Shown piece by piece: positions 37,832 to 46,396 of a DNA stretch of 46,396 nucleotides (its first letter is position 1; the number at the start of each line of letters is the position of its first letter). Origin of the DNA: Fibrobacterales bacterium (GTDB taxonomy: Bacteria > Fibrobacterota > Fibrobacteria > Fibrobacterales > JAOPTW01); the NCBI GenBank assembly GCA_051532035.1, contig JAOPTW010000048.1, positions 1 to 46,396 on the forward strand, in the 5' to 3' direction. The notes below the pieces were generated by a model. That model searched no databases. It saw nothing but the letters and a program-made list of their open reading frames with translations, and had not been told where the DNA came from. The translations under genes were made by a program, and so were the position numbers.

Positions 37832-37922
37832 ACGCCCAAAGATAGCATTTTTCGACTGTTAGGTCTTGGGTTGTGGTTCTAATCTACATGGTTGTATTAA
37901 TATGTGGGGGATTTCTCTGTTA

Positions 37923-38012
37923 TTAGAGGGCGGAAATTACGCTTAGAATTAATATTGAGCCGATAATAACTTGCATCGTTATAATGGTATGAATTTGAGA
38001 TACTGATGCCAT
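37923..38012 (-). CDS. Unannotated 29-aa membrane microprotein MASVSQIHTIITMQVIIGSILILSVISAL
   Basis: AAAAAGGA RBS 6 nt before ATG; single hydrophobic helix; tandem TAA TAA; below the ORF-track cutoff. Confidence 0.6.
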   Translation of the reverse strand: MASVSQIHTIITMQVIIGSILILSVISAL

Positions 38013-38071
38013 AATGAATCCTTTTTAAGTTTCGCCCTAAAAAAGATGTATATACATTGAGAAAACTTGTC

Positions 38072-38087
38072 TGTGACAGGCATCACA
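38072..38087. promoter_or_regulatory. CRP/FNR-family box
   Basis: Perfect TGTGA-CAGGCA-TCACA, about 60 nt upstream of the microprotein ATG. Confidence 0.6.
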
Positions 38088-38104
38088 CTGGGCACATTCA
38101 AGAC

Positions 38105-38141
38105 AAAAAAAATCCCTCTTTATAAAAAAGGGGGATTTTTT
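38105..38141 (-). terminator. Intrinsic terminator after PEGA/FGE gene (potentially bidirectional)
   Basis: A8-TCCCTCTTT...AAAGGGGGA-T6. Confidence 0.8.
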
Positions 38142-38171
38142 GTATTCAAATGGGAGTATTGAGTAGGCAGC

Positions 38172-40559
38172 TTATTGAGGAGCTGCCTTGTCTGGCTTAG
38201 GCTCAGATAAAGGTTTTGGCAGAGTTTCAGTTTTTGGGGCCTTTTCTGTAACACTTGGCTTGCTTTGGTCACTCTGTTGCTGTGCTTTTTGAACTTCAAC
38301 TGGTGTAGGTGGTGTCACAACAGGCTCCACTTTTACTGCCGTAGAGTCATTTTTCTCAAGCTGTTTGACGGTTGCTTTTTGAAGTTCTTTAACCTTATCA
38401 ATATTAGTTTTCTCTTTTGGCTTGGCTAGTGGCTTGACTGATGGTTTGGTACTATCTATAGAGTCTTTTTTTACTTTATTCTTTTTCATTTTTTTGAGAA
38501 GCTCTTTTTTCTTCTCAAGTGCTGTTTTTTCTTTAACCACTGGTAGCTTTTTCTTTTTAGCCTTTTCTTTAAGCTCGTTCTCTTCAAAAATTTCATCGGC
38601 ATATCTGAGTTTTTGTTCATATTTATTGAGACGTTTGGTGATCTCAGCTTGAGTTAATACCTGTTGTACAGGGAACACACATCTAAAACCAACGGCATCA
38701 CTCCAAAATCGCGGGTCTTCATATTCGTTCCAGTCGTTCTTTAGATAACTTGGATCATCTTTCCAAGAGCCACCTTTATAGATTTGGTTAAACCCAAATG
38801 TTGCACCGGTAGGGTCTTTTGCGGTAATGATATTAATAAAGAAATAGGGATCGACATCATCGGTCCACTCTGCAACATTTCCATACATATCATAGAGCCC
38901 CCATGCGTTTGATTTTTTGGAACCAATTTTGTGTGGTCCATACTCCGCATGCTTTTTACCGAGCTTAAGGCTGTTTCCTGCATAAATGGCATAAGGTCCC
39001 GGTTCTGCTTTTTCTGCGCCCCAAAAGTGGTAGTTATTGGTTCCTGATCGAGCTGCATATTCCCACTGAGCTTCTGTGGGAAGGTCACCACCGATATCTT
39101 CACAAAATTCTTTTGCCATATCCCAATCAACATTATGAGCAGGGAGACTATCATGCTGAAAACTATATTCGTACCGTTCATCATCTTTTTCTGCAGTACC
39201 GCGTATGCGCTGATAGTGACGTTGGGTAATTTCATAGGTATTAATTCCATAAGGTGACATAAGAACATTGCGTCCTTTAAAATCAAATCGCCCCCGTTGA
39301 ATTTCAACAACATCACCTCTGAGTCGTTGATAATCACGTTTTAAACGTTTATCCTTGAGGTCACGAGCTTTATCGGCAAGGTACTTTTGTTTATTCGAAG
39401 CGATATTTTCTTTTTTGGCTGCCGAATTTAAAAGATCATCATAGTACTTTTTCACCGTGGTATTTGCCATTATATAGTCAGGGAGCGTAAAATCTCCATC
39501 AACGGCATACTCTGCACCATCGACGACAATGAGAAGCTCTTGGAGTATATAAAAGCGAGGGACTGTCGCTGTTGGGCTTGTAATATCGGCAGATTTATTT
39601 TGATACACCACTTTAATGGCAACACCTTTTTTGGGTGCCTTTTTAATGGTTTTACTTTTGCTGTTAGTGAGCCCTTTAATAACCACTTTGTCTATCCCCT
39701 TAGGGAGGACGGTTATACCTTTAAAGAGTGCGTCGATTTTTTTGTCGAGGGCTGATAATTTAAACTTGAGACCATATTTCCCTGTTGCTTTGTCGAGGAG
39801 TTTTGATTTAAGGCCTTCAGGATAGAGATACACTGTGCGCGATTCTTGCTCTAATGCAAAAATACGCTCTTTCAGTTTAAGTCTGAGTGATTCATATATG
39901 TCTATATTAGCTCTATACGGTTGTGTTGCTGTTCTGAATGTTGCAAGTTTTTCTTTTTCAAACAAGTCTACATAGACTTTATAGAGCGTGAGCGCTGTTG
40001 GTGAGAGCGAGTCTGGTTGAGTAACTGGCGCAGGGTACTGTTTAGAAAACTTCTTAAAATGATCTTCTAACGTAGAATGAAGGTTAAGGAGCGCGGTATT
40101 AAGAGTGTCGAGTTTTACCGTTATCGATGCGACACTATCTGATTCGGTAATTGCATAGATACTCTCTTTAAAAGTGCCTTTTTTAAGAGATGCGAGAAGA
40201 GGAAGGAGTTTGGGTGGCTCAGATTGCTTCTCAGAATCTAAACGATAGACAATTGAATAGTAGCCACTTTTTTGTAAGGTATAATGGGTCACTCCTGGAG
40301 TGACATCAGGGAGGGCGCATGGAGTGGTACATACTTCTGCCCCATTGTTAAGCACAGTAACCCCTGCAGGGTCGGTAATAATGCTTAGCTTTTTTAAGTT
40401 TACGGTGTTGACCGCAGGTGCTGGTTGAGCACTGGGTGTTGTGTCTTGCACTGCTACTGAAGGTGTAGCGGGGGCTTGTTGTGCATTCTGTGCGAAGAGA
40501 CTGAGGTGGCTTATACCGACAGCTAGCACGAGAGATAAAAAAGTGGCGCTCGATTTCAT
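38172..40559 (-). CDS. Secreted PEGA plus FGE-sulfatase (SUMF1) domain protein with Lys/Pro-rich tail
   Basis: Signal peptide; LSIITDPAGVTV...CTTPC PEGA; LPTEAQWEYAAR, NAWGLYDMYGNVAEW, GFRCV. Confidence 0.88.
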   Translation of the reverse strand: MKSSATFLSLVLAVGISHLSLFAQNAQQAPATPSVAVQDTTPSAQPAPAVNTVNLKKLSIITDPAGVTVLNNGAEVCTTPCALPDVTPGVTHYTLQKSGYYSIVYRLDSEKQSEPPKLLPLLASLKKGTFKESIYAITESDSVASITVKLDTLNTALLNLHSTLEDHFKKFSKQYPAPVTQPDSLSPTALTLYKVYVDLFEKEKLATFRTATQPYRANIDIYESLRLKLKERIFALEQESRTVYLYPEGLKSKLLDKATGKYGLKFKLSALDKKIDALFKGITVLPKGIDKVVIKGLTNSKSKTIKKAPKKGVAIKVVYQNKSADITSPTATVPRFYILQELLIVVDGAEYAVDGDFTLPDYIMANTTVKKYYDDLLNSAAKKENIASNKQKYLADKARDLKDKRLKRDYQRLRGDVVEIQRGRFDFKGRNVLMSPYGINTYEITQRHYQRIRGTAEKDDERYEYSFQHDSLPAHNVDWDMAKEFCEDIGGDLPTEAQWEYAARSGTNNYHFWGAEKAEPGPYAIYAGNSLKLGKKHAEYGPHKIGSKKSNAWGLYDMYGNVAEWTDDVDPYFFINIITAKDPTGATFGFNQIYKGGSWKDDPSYLKNDWNEYEDPRFWSDAVGFRCVFPVQQVLTQAEITKRLNKYEQKLRYADEIFEENELKEKAKKKKLPVVKEKTALEKKKELLKKMKKNKVKKDSIDSTKPSVKPLAKPKEKTNIDKVKELQKATVKQLEKNDSTAVKVEPVVTPPTPVEVQKAQQQSDQSKPSVTEKAPKTETLPKPLSEPKPDKAAPQ

Positions 40560-40665
40560 ACGGATTCCTTTGAGGTATGAATTACAGACGATTTATTATC
40601 TCAATAAATTGAGGCAAATACCAGTGAAAAGTATGTAAATAGATGGGAATTGGTAAATATGGTCC

Positions 40666-40703
40666 AAAAAAAAGCCCAGAGTCGTATTTAGAAACTCTGG
40701 GCT
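40666..40703 (-). terminator. Intrinsic terminator after ABC-F
   Basis: AGCCCAGAGT...ACTCTGGGCT stem with a T run on the minus strand. Confidence 0.8.
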
Positions 40704-40725
40704 GATATAAAAATTGCAGTAATTG

Positions 40726-42339
40726 TTATTTGTATAACACCGCTTGTTTCTTTTGTATTTCGGCGTCAACGAGATATTCACCATAATTAAGATAGCTATC
40801 GATCATTCCACTTGGGCCAAATTCAATAATACGTGAAGAGATGGTCTCTATGAATTCACGGTCACGTGAGGTAATCAACAGTGTCCCAGAGTAATTAATA
40901 AGGGAGTTATTGAGTGCAGTGATTGACTCAAGGTCAAGGTGGTCAGTAGGTTCATCAAAAAGAAGAACATTTCCCTGTTGAATCATCATACGAGAGAGCA
41001 TACAGCGTACTTTTTCGCCACCAGACAATACATTACACTGTTTTTGTGATTCATGTCCTGAGAACAGCATTTGCCCAAGAAAACCACGCACGTAACTTTC
41101 ATCATCATCACTCGAATATTGACGAATCCAGTCAACTAAGTTGAGGTCTGATTTAAAGAATTTAGTGTTATCATGAGGAAAAAGAATAGGTGTGGTAGTA
41201 ATACCCCAGCGATACTCCCCACTTGTAGGTTCGATTTCACCATCAAGGATTTGAAGAAGACGAGAGATAGCTAATTTACTTTTAGAGACAAAAGATATTT
41301 TATCACCTTTATTTACCGAAAAGGTAAGGTCTTTAAAGAGCACTTCGCCTTTTTCGGTATAACTCAGGTTTTCTACGTTGAGAATATCTTTTCCCGCTTC
41401 TTTTTCGGTATTAAAGACAATATGTGGATATTTACGACTTGATGGTTTGATCTCTTCGATATTGAGTTTTTCAATCATCTTTTTACGAGATGAAGCCTGC
41501 TTAGATTTCGCAGCATTTGCACTAAAACGGCGCACAAACTCTTCGAGTTCTTTCTTTTTGTCTTCCATCTTTTTATTACGGTCTTTCACTTGGTTCAGTG
41601 CCAATTGACTTGACTGATACCAGAATTCATAACTACCCGTATACATCTGAATCTTTTTGAAGTCGATATCTGCGGTATGGGTACATACTGCATTAAGAAA
41701 GTGACGGTCATGGGAAACAACAATAACCGTGTTGTCAAAATTGGCCAAAAATTCTTCGAGCCATTTAATAGAGAGTACATCTAGGTTATTCGTTGGTTCA
41801 TCAAGGAGTAGAATATCTGGATCGCCAAAAAGGGCCTGACACAGAAGAATCCGAACTTTCATTTTCGCTTCTATTTCTATCATAGGTGTGTTGTGGAGTG
41901 ATTCTGGAATACCAATGCCCGAGAGCATATTCGCAGCATTTGACTCTGCATCCCAACCGTTCAGGTCGGCAAATTCTCCTTCGAGCTCACCTGCGCGAAT
42001 ACCGTCTTCATCGGTAAAATCTTCTTTAGCATAGATCGCGTCTTTCTCTATAACAATATCGTAGAGCCTTTTATGGCCATAGAGTACTGTATTCAGTACG
42101 GTGAATTCATCAAATTCAAAGTGATCTTGCTTTAAAATAGCCATTCTGAGGCCACCAGGGATATTAATACCACCAGAACTTGGTTCGATATCACCTGACA
42201 TGATTTTTAAAAATGTTGATTTACCGGCACCATTTGCACCAATAAGTCCGTAGCAATTTCCCGGAGTAAATTGGCAGTTAACCCCTTCAAAAAGAAGTTG
42301 AGAACCAAATGAGAGAGATACATTATCTACCGTAATCAT
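40726..42339 (-). CDS. ABC-F family ATPase (YbiT/YkpA-like)
   Basis: GANGAGKST, LLDEPTNNLD, SHDRHFL, LSGGEK, DEPTDHLD; no TM segments; start reset to ATG 42339. Confidence 0.92.
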   Translation of the reverse strand: MITVDNVSLSFGSQLLFEGVNCQFTPGNCYGLIGANGAGKSTFLKIMSGDIEPSSGGINIPGGLRMAILKQDHFEFDEFTVLNTVLYGHKRLYDIVIEKDAIYAKEDFTDEDGIRAGELEGEFADLNGWDAESNAANMLSGIGIPESLHNTPMIEIEAKMKVRILLCQALFGDPDILLLDEPTNNLDVLSIKWLEEFLANFDNTVIVVSHDRHFLNAVCTHTADIDFKKIQMYTGSYEFWYQSSQLALNQVKDRNKKMEDKKKELEEFVRRFSANAAKSKQASSRKKMIEKLNIEEIKPSSRKYPHIVFNTEKEAGKDILNVENLSYTEKGEVLFKDLTFSVNKGDKISFVSKSKLAISRLLQILDGEIEPTSGEYRWGITTTPILFPHDNTKFFKSDLNLVDWIRQYSSDDDESYVRGFLGQMLFSGHESQKQCNVLSGGEKVRCMLSRMMIQQGNVLLFDEPTDHLDLESITALNNSLINYSGTLLITSRDREFIETISSRIIEFGPSGMIDSYLNYGEYLVDAEIQKKQAVLYK

Positions 42340-42498
42340 ACACGTTACCTGCATTGAAATCTTAATTTTGAACAAATTTAGTAAAAATAGATCCATATGG
42401 TTTTCAATTCCAAAATAGCACATCCAATATGGGATTTTTTACCAAAGCCGGTAGCGATTAATGTTATATTGCCTACATACGAATTGCTGGAATACGGT

Positions 42499-43458
42499 AT
42501 GCCTCTTTATCATTTTGCTTCAAAACCCCTCGAAGTGTATCACGGCTTATTTCACTATAGCTCTTTAACACCTGATTCTATTGTTGAGGACACCTCTAAC
42601 AGCATGAAGCTTGAGTTTACCCTCAATAATGGCCTTGAAATACTCTCAATTCTGCCTTCTTTGAGCTATATACCCGAAGATAATTTCAGTTTTCAATTTT
42701 CTATAACTGCCGAAGGATATGAGTTTTTCTTAGTGCCGTGTGGCGTTCCTCACGCTCCTTTTGCAGAACGCTATAAACATCAGCCACGCTTCGATCACAT
42801 GCGTACTGCAGTCGATATGCTGACCCTCACCGAAGGCCTTAAAGAAGAGACTACGATCACTCTACATCTTAACGCCATGAAACAAATAGACTTACGTAAG
42901 TTGAATGTCTTTGTCTCTCTTAAGACTGCCTCTGAAGCTCTTGAGTTATCTGAATACTGCATGGACGAACAGACCATAGTCCCTCTCAGCCAAATGGGAT
43001 TTAATAACGATATTAAAAACCGTATCTGCTCGGCCGTATCCACAGGGATGGTTCTCAGAAATCAAATGAAAAGTGTTGATCTCACCGAGGTTGTTCAGAA
43101 CTGCTATAACGAGATCGAAGAGATATATGGGGTATGGCCTCAGGCGATATATGCAGCAAATATGGCAAAGTCAAATGGATATGTGGGTCAACTCAGCACC
43201 TTTAAAGAACTTGAAGCGCTCCTTGAGCAGGGTGAACCTTTTGTTGCGAGTATCCAACATACTGGTGATTTGGAAGGCTCCCCTCTCGATGAAACAAAAG
43301 GCCATCTCGTTGTGGTAACCGGAGTTGATGATGATACGGTACTCTGTAATGATCCTGCAGGTGCTCACGACTTGGATGTTCCTATCTCGTATGATCGTGA
43401 TCAGTTTTTTAGTGCATGGGAACGGAGTGGATACACGTTTTACGGCTTTTTCAGTTAA
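42499..43458 (+). CDS. Peptidase C39-like family protein
   Basis: SQM...RICSAVS, GHLVVVTG, NDPA, FSAW; start reset to ATG 42499. Confidence 0.8.
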   Translation: MPLYHFASKPLEVYHGLFHYSSLTPDSIVEDTSNSMKLEFTLNNGLEILSILPSLSYIPEDNFSFQFSITAEGYEFFLVPCGVPHAPFAERYKHQPRFDHMRTAVDMLTLTEGLKEETTITLHLNAMKQIDLRKLNVFVSLKTASEALELSEYCMDEQTIVPLSQMGFNNDIKNRICSAVSTGMVLRNQMKSVDLTEVVQNCYNEIEEIYGVWPQAIYAANMAKSNGYVGQLSTFKELEALLEQGEPFVASIQHTGDLEGSPLDETKGHLVVVTGVDDDTVLCNDPAGAHDLDVPISYDRDQFFSAWERSGYTFYGFFS

Positions 43459-43502
43459 ATTTGTATATTTCCTGTCATTGACCTCGAGATGTTTAGGAAT
43501 AG

Positions 43503-44549
43503 ATGTTTGAATTAGTATTAGCACTGACCCTATCTATAGTTGTTTCAGCATTCTGCTCTGTCTCCGAGGCGGCATTTTATAGTGTTCCCGCGGCTTCTGT
43601 GGAAAGTATGCTCGACTCTGGGCGTAAACGTTATCGGTATCTTAAGCATATCAAATCAGATATTGAAAAATATATTGCCTCTATCCTTATAATTAACACC
43701 TTTGCCAACGCGTATGGTGTTTACTTGGCAACACGTGCAGCCGAAAAACTCTTTACCGAAGTGTACCTTCAGATGGTTCCTTGGGTATTGGGTGGCCTTA
43801 TTTTGATTTTTGCTGAGATGTACCCTAAAACTCTTGGGGTAAATTATGCCAAAGAGCTCGCTCCCTATTTGGGTGTCCCCTTCTATTTTATTACCAAGCT
43901 TCTTGCGCCCCTCATTTGGATTACCAAGCTCTTTACTCATACCGTGACCAAAGAGAAAAATGAAGCCTATAGTTTGGATGAAATACAGAGTATGGCATCA
44001 CTCAGTGCAACCGAAGGGAGTATAGACCGACAGCAAGCGTTGGTGATCGATAATATTCTCAGCCTGGGCAATGTTTATGCGCGGGATATCATGACTCCTC
44101 GGACGGTGGTTTACTCGTGCCATAAAGATGTGATTATTGAACAACTTATTGCAGACGAAAAGTCGATCCGGTATTCTCGTATCCCTATATATGATGAAAA
44201 TGAAGAGCATATTATTGGTGATGTACTCAGAAGAGATATCTATGACTTTTATGCAAACAAAAAAGGCAAACTCTCACTCGGTGCAATAATGCGTACCATG
44301 CACTATGTGCCCGAAACAGCAAAAGTGTCTCAGCTCTTGAAAACATTTTTGTCACAAAAACAGCATATGCTCTGTGTGGTTGATGAATACGGTGGATTTG
44401 CTGGGGTTCTTACTCTTGAAGATGTGATAGAAGAGATATTAGGCAAAGAGATTGTCGATGAATTTGATAAAACGGTAGACCTCCAAGAAGAGGCCAAGCA
44501 AAAGTCTGAAGCTCTGAAGCAAGCTACGGAAAATCTTGAACGTAAATGA
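43503..44549 (+). CDS. CNNM/CorC (hemolysin-family) membrane protein with CBS pair
   Basis: SAFCSVSEAAFYS, AEMYPK, IMTPR, YSRIPIY, VVDEYGG, TLEDVIEEILG. Confidence 0.92.
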   Translation: MFELVLALTLSIVVSAFCSVSEAAFYSVPAASVESMLDSGRKRYRYLKHIKSDIEKYIASILIINTFANAYGVYLATRAAEKLFTEVYLQMVPWVLGGLILIFAEMYPKTLGVNYAKELAPYLGVPFYFITKLLAPLIWITKLFTHTVTKEKNEAYSLDEIQSMASLSATEGSIDRQQALVIDNILSLGNVYARDIMTPRTVVYSCHKDVIIEQLIADEKSIRYSRIPIYDENEEHIIGDVLRRDIYDFYANKKGKLSLGAIMRTMHYVPETAKVSQLLKTFLSQKQHMLCVVDEYGGFAGVLTLEDVIEEILGKEIVDEFDKTVDLQEEAKQKSEALKQATENLERK

Positions 44550-44800
44550 CGGGAGTAGTAATGGAAATGATTAAACAGTGGTTTTCCACTTTAACAACAC
44601 GCAGTGCACTCACGTATTACCTTGCGATTATCGGGATAAGTATCATTGTTGGCCTGATAAATAATGTTCGTGTTGCTGATGAGAAATCAGTCACGTGGTT
44701 TGGTGGTCAGGAAGTACTCGAAAAACCCCCTGAGTTTGGCGAAGAGCCTGATCGAGAGCCGACAGTAGAACCGACATCAGAGGAGATACACAATGATTAA
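44546..44800 (+). CDS. Small single-TM protein with acidic tail
   Basis: YLAIIGISIIVGLINN TM; overlaps both neighbours; start may be 44561. Confidence 0.65.
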   Translation: MTGVVMEMIKQWFSTLTTRSALTYYLAIIGISIIVGLINNVRVADEKSVTWFGGQEVLEKPPEFGEEPDREPTVEPTSEEIHND

Positions 44801-45455
44801 GACTTCGATGTTAATGATTGGCGCCGCAATTCTGTTGGTGTTCTCAGTGTTAGAGATCGCAACCAATTCTGGCTTTACCGAGATTTTTACTGATGAACTA
44901 TGGGATGCTGGTTTTGATTGGGTTAAAGGGTATTGGGTTGCTCTTATTGAATACTCTCTTGCCGTATTCTTGGTGGCTATTGCCTATAGAGTAGGCGACC
45001 GTACTCTTTTTCATCGGTATCTAGAGACCTTTGGTAGAGTGGGTATGGCGGCAATGTTTATTGGAGCTTCTGTTTTTAAAATATCAAACCCTCTTGCGTT
45101 TGCAGAGCTGACCGCTCAGTATCAAATGCTCCCTCAGTTTGCGATCAATATATTTTCACTCATACTCCCTGTAATGGAGTTCATTGTTGGTGTACTTATT
45201 TTAGTGACCAATAGAACTCGCGAGAACAGTGTGCTTATATTGGCTATGATGCTTATGTTTATTGTGGCTCTCATATGGGCAGTCAGTAATGAACTTGGCA
45301 TTGCCTGTGGTTGTTTTGGTGATAGCGTCGAAGGTGCTATGGATACCAGTGAAGCGTGGGTAGCTCTTTTTCGTGATATTCTCCTTCTCCCTGTTCTTAT
45401 TTACCTAGCAGCACGCCCTGTTAATAACTATGTGTGGTCTGTATGGAAGAAGTAA
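44793..45455 (+). CDS. MauE/DoxX-family redox-associated membrane protein
   Basis: GRVGMAAMFIGAS..KI, YQMLP, LPVME, GIACGCFG, FRDI; GGAG RBS. Confidence 0.85.
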   Translation: MIKTSMLMIGAAILLVFSVLEIATNSGFTEIFTDELWDAGFDWVKGYWVALIEYSLAVFLVAIAYRVGDRTLFHRYLETFGRVGMAAMFIGASVFKISNPLAFAELTAQYQMLPQFAINIFSLILPVMEFIVGVLILVTNRTRENSVLILAMMLMFIVALIWAVSNELGIACGCFGDSVEGAMDTSEAWVALFRDILLLPVLIYLAARPVNNYVWSVWKK

Positions 45456-45883
45456 TCGACCTCACCCCTATTCGTGAGCTGATAACCAAAAAAGTGCAGC
45501 CCGATGGGCTTGTGTTTGATCTCTGTATTCAGAAGACAACCTTTGATGATTATCGAAATATTTATAATGGTTTTGTTCAGTCTGAGTATCAACTGGTGTA
45601 CTACCGTGACCTTGAAGATGAAAAGCTTCCTGATGAGTTTATTACCATCACGGATGATGTTGATGCTAATCATAATATTCAGGTTGAATTTGGGTTTGGG
45701 ACGTTTAGTTGGTTATTGTATAATGAGACGACTATAACGTTTGAGCTTGATTCTGAAGAGTTTGAGGATGGTGAGGATGTTGAGGAGATTATTGTGTTTA
45801 TGCAGTTTTTGAATAAGGTTACGGGTAAGTCTGTGGGGTTTTATTTGGAAGATGGTTTGAAGCCGTTGGTTGAGTTGGGGTAG
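45443..45883 (+). CDS. Acidic hypothetical protein
   Basis: ORF overlapping the MauE 3' end; no recognised motif. Confidence 0.6.
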   Translation: MEEVIDLTPIRELITKKVQPDGLVFDLCIQKTTFDDYRNIYNGFVQSEYQLVYYRDLEDEKLPDEFITITDDVDANHNIQVEFGFGTFSWLLYNETTITFELDSEEFEDGEDVEEIIVFMQFLNKVTGKSVGFYLEDGLKPLVELG

Positions 45884-46000
45884 TCCCTTTCTTTATTCTT
45901 TCTTTGAAGTGAGCCTCTATCTTGAGGTTGATTCTTTATTTTAATATTTTATTTGAGGGTTTTATTTCTATTTCCCTTTTTCTTTTTATGCATAGTTCCC

Positions 46001-46060
46001 GGGGGCTTCTCCCCCAGACCCCGACCAAAGGATCCGCCGAAGCGCGGACCCTTTGGAATC
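46001..46060. repeat. GC-rich tandem hairpins, REP-like extragenic element
   Basis: GGGGG-CTTCT-CCCCC, then CCAAAGGATCCGC-CGAAGC-GCGGACCCTTTGG (12/13 bp) in AT-rich surroundings. Confidence 0.55.
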
Positions 46061-46307
46061 CCACGCTTCTCTTGCAGAGAGCTGGAACACATAGCTATTG
46101 CTTTGTTGGCTCGGAAAAATGGAATTTTTCCTTTGTTGGTGGTTGGATTGGGGTGTTGATATTGGGAATGGGGATCGTTGCGGATGTGTTGTGTGGTGTG
46201 CTTCGCACTTATGGTTCGGGGGCAGGATTCTTTAGGGGGGCGGCCCCCTGGGGATCATGGTTAAAAAAAGAAAAACCGTTGGGGACTGTTTGCAAATAGT
46301 GAACGCA

Positions 46308-46394
46308 TTATTTTAATGCATTTGCCACTATATTTGCAAGTTCTGCCCGATAAAACGGTTTGTGTATAGATCCAGAAATTCCCTGCTCTGTTAA
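46308..46394 (-). CDS. Partial CDS: C-terminus of a response-regulator receiver domain
   Basis: Minus frame reads LTEQGISGSIHKPFYRAELANIVANALK*, matching the receiver G-x3-I-x-KPF...EL end; truncated by the window edge. Confidence 0.65.
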   Translation of the reverse strand, partial: LTEQGISGSIHKPFYRAELANIVANALK

Positions 46395-46396
46395 CA

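Noticed and set aside
38741..39337. 198-aa alternative-frame ORF inside the FGE gene, and other shadow ORFs in the track
   Set aside because: They are fully nested in or antisense to well-supported genes and have no motifs or initiation signals
42340..42498. Apparent overlap of divergent ABC-F and C39 ORFs
   Set aside because: An artefact of longest-ORF calling; realistic starts (42339 and 42499) leave a normal divergent promoter region
45922..46299. 125-aa ORF on the plus strand
   Set aside because: No RBS or motif; it runs through a low-complexity T-rich tract and the palindromic element
46215..46392. 6S RNA suggested by a ~180-nt hairpin
   Set aside because: One arm is the coding end of a receiver domain and no 6S sequence motifs were recognised
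1..46396. CRISPR array, tRNA/tmRNA, prophage or defence genes
   Set aside because: No regularly spaced repeats, cloverleafs, ssrA next to smpB, or phage/defence motifs were seen by eye

Overview
AT-rich bacterial chromosomal window made up mostly of housekeeping genes. The gene repertoire (Ser-rich lipoproteins, PEGA/FGE protein, FadL/PorV/TraF-type barrel, TAnnTTTG-like promoters) suggests the FCB group, probably Fibrobacterota; this is inference only. It carries korAB, an NSS transporter, a GH3 hexosaminidase, gatB, trmB, HU-smpB-amidase, yebC-ruvCAB, glnA/kinase/glnE, dsbA, htpG, an envelope operon (AT-hook/RHH protein, divergent mraY, UAP1-type pyrophosphorylase, LpxL-like acyltransferase), an SPL-family radical SAM, ABC-F, and a C39-CNNM-MauE cluster. 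No rRNA, tRNA, CRISPR array, transposase or phage genes were recognised. Best leads: (1) the translationally coupled regulator-mraY-UAP1-acyltransferase operon outside the dcw cluster; (2) GlnE carrying GlnD-type ACT domains at its N-terminus; (3) a Ca-binding lipoprotein coupled to an outer-membrane barrel; (4) two perfect CRP-type boxes, one ahead of an unannotated 29-aa membrane microprotein and one ahead of a candidate sRNA; (5) a candidate Xer dif site; (6) several apparently leaderless genes.
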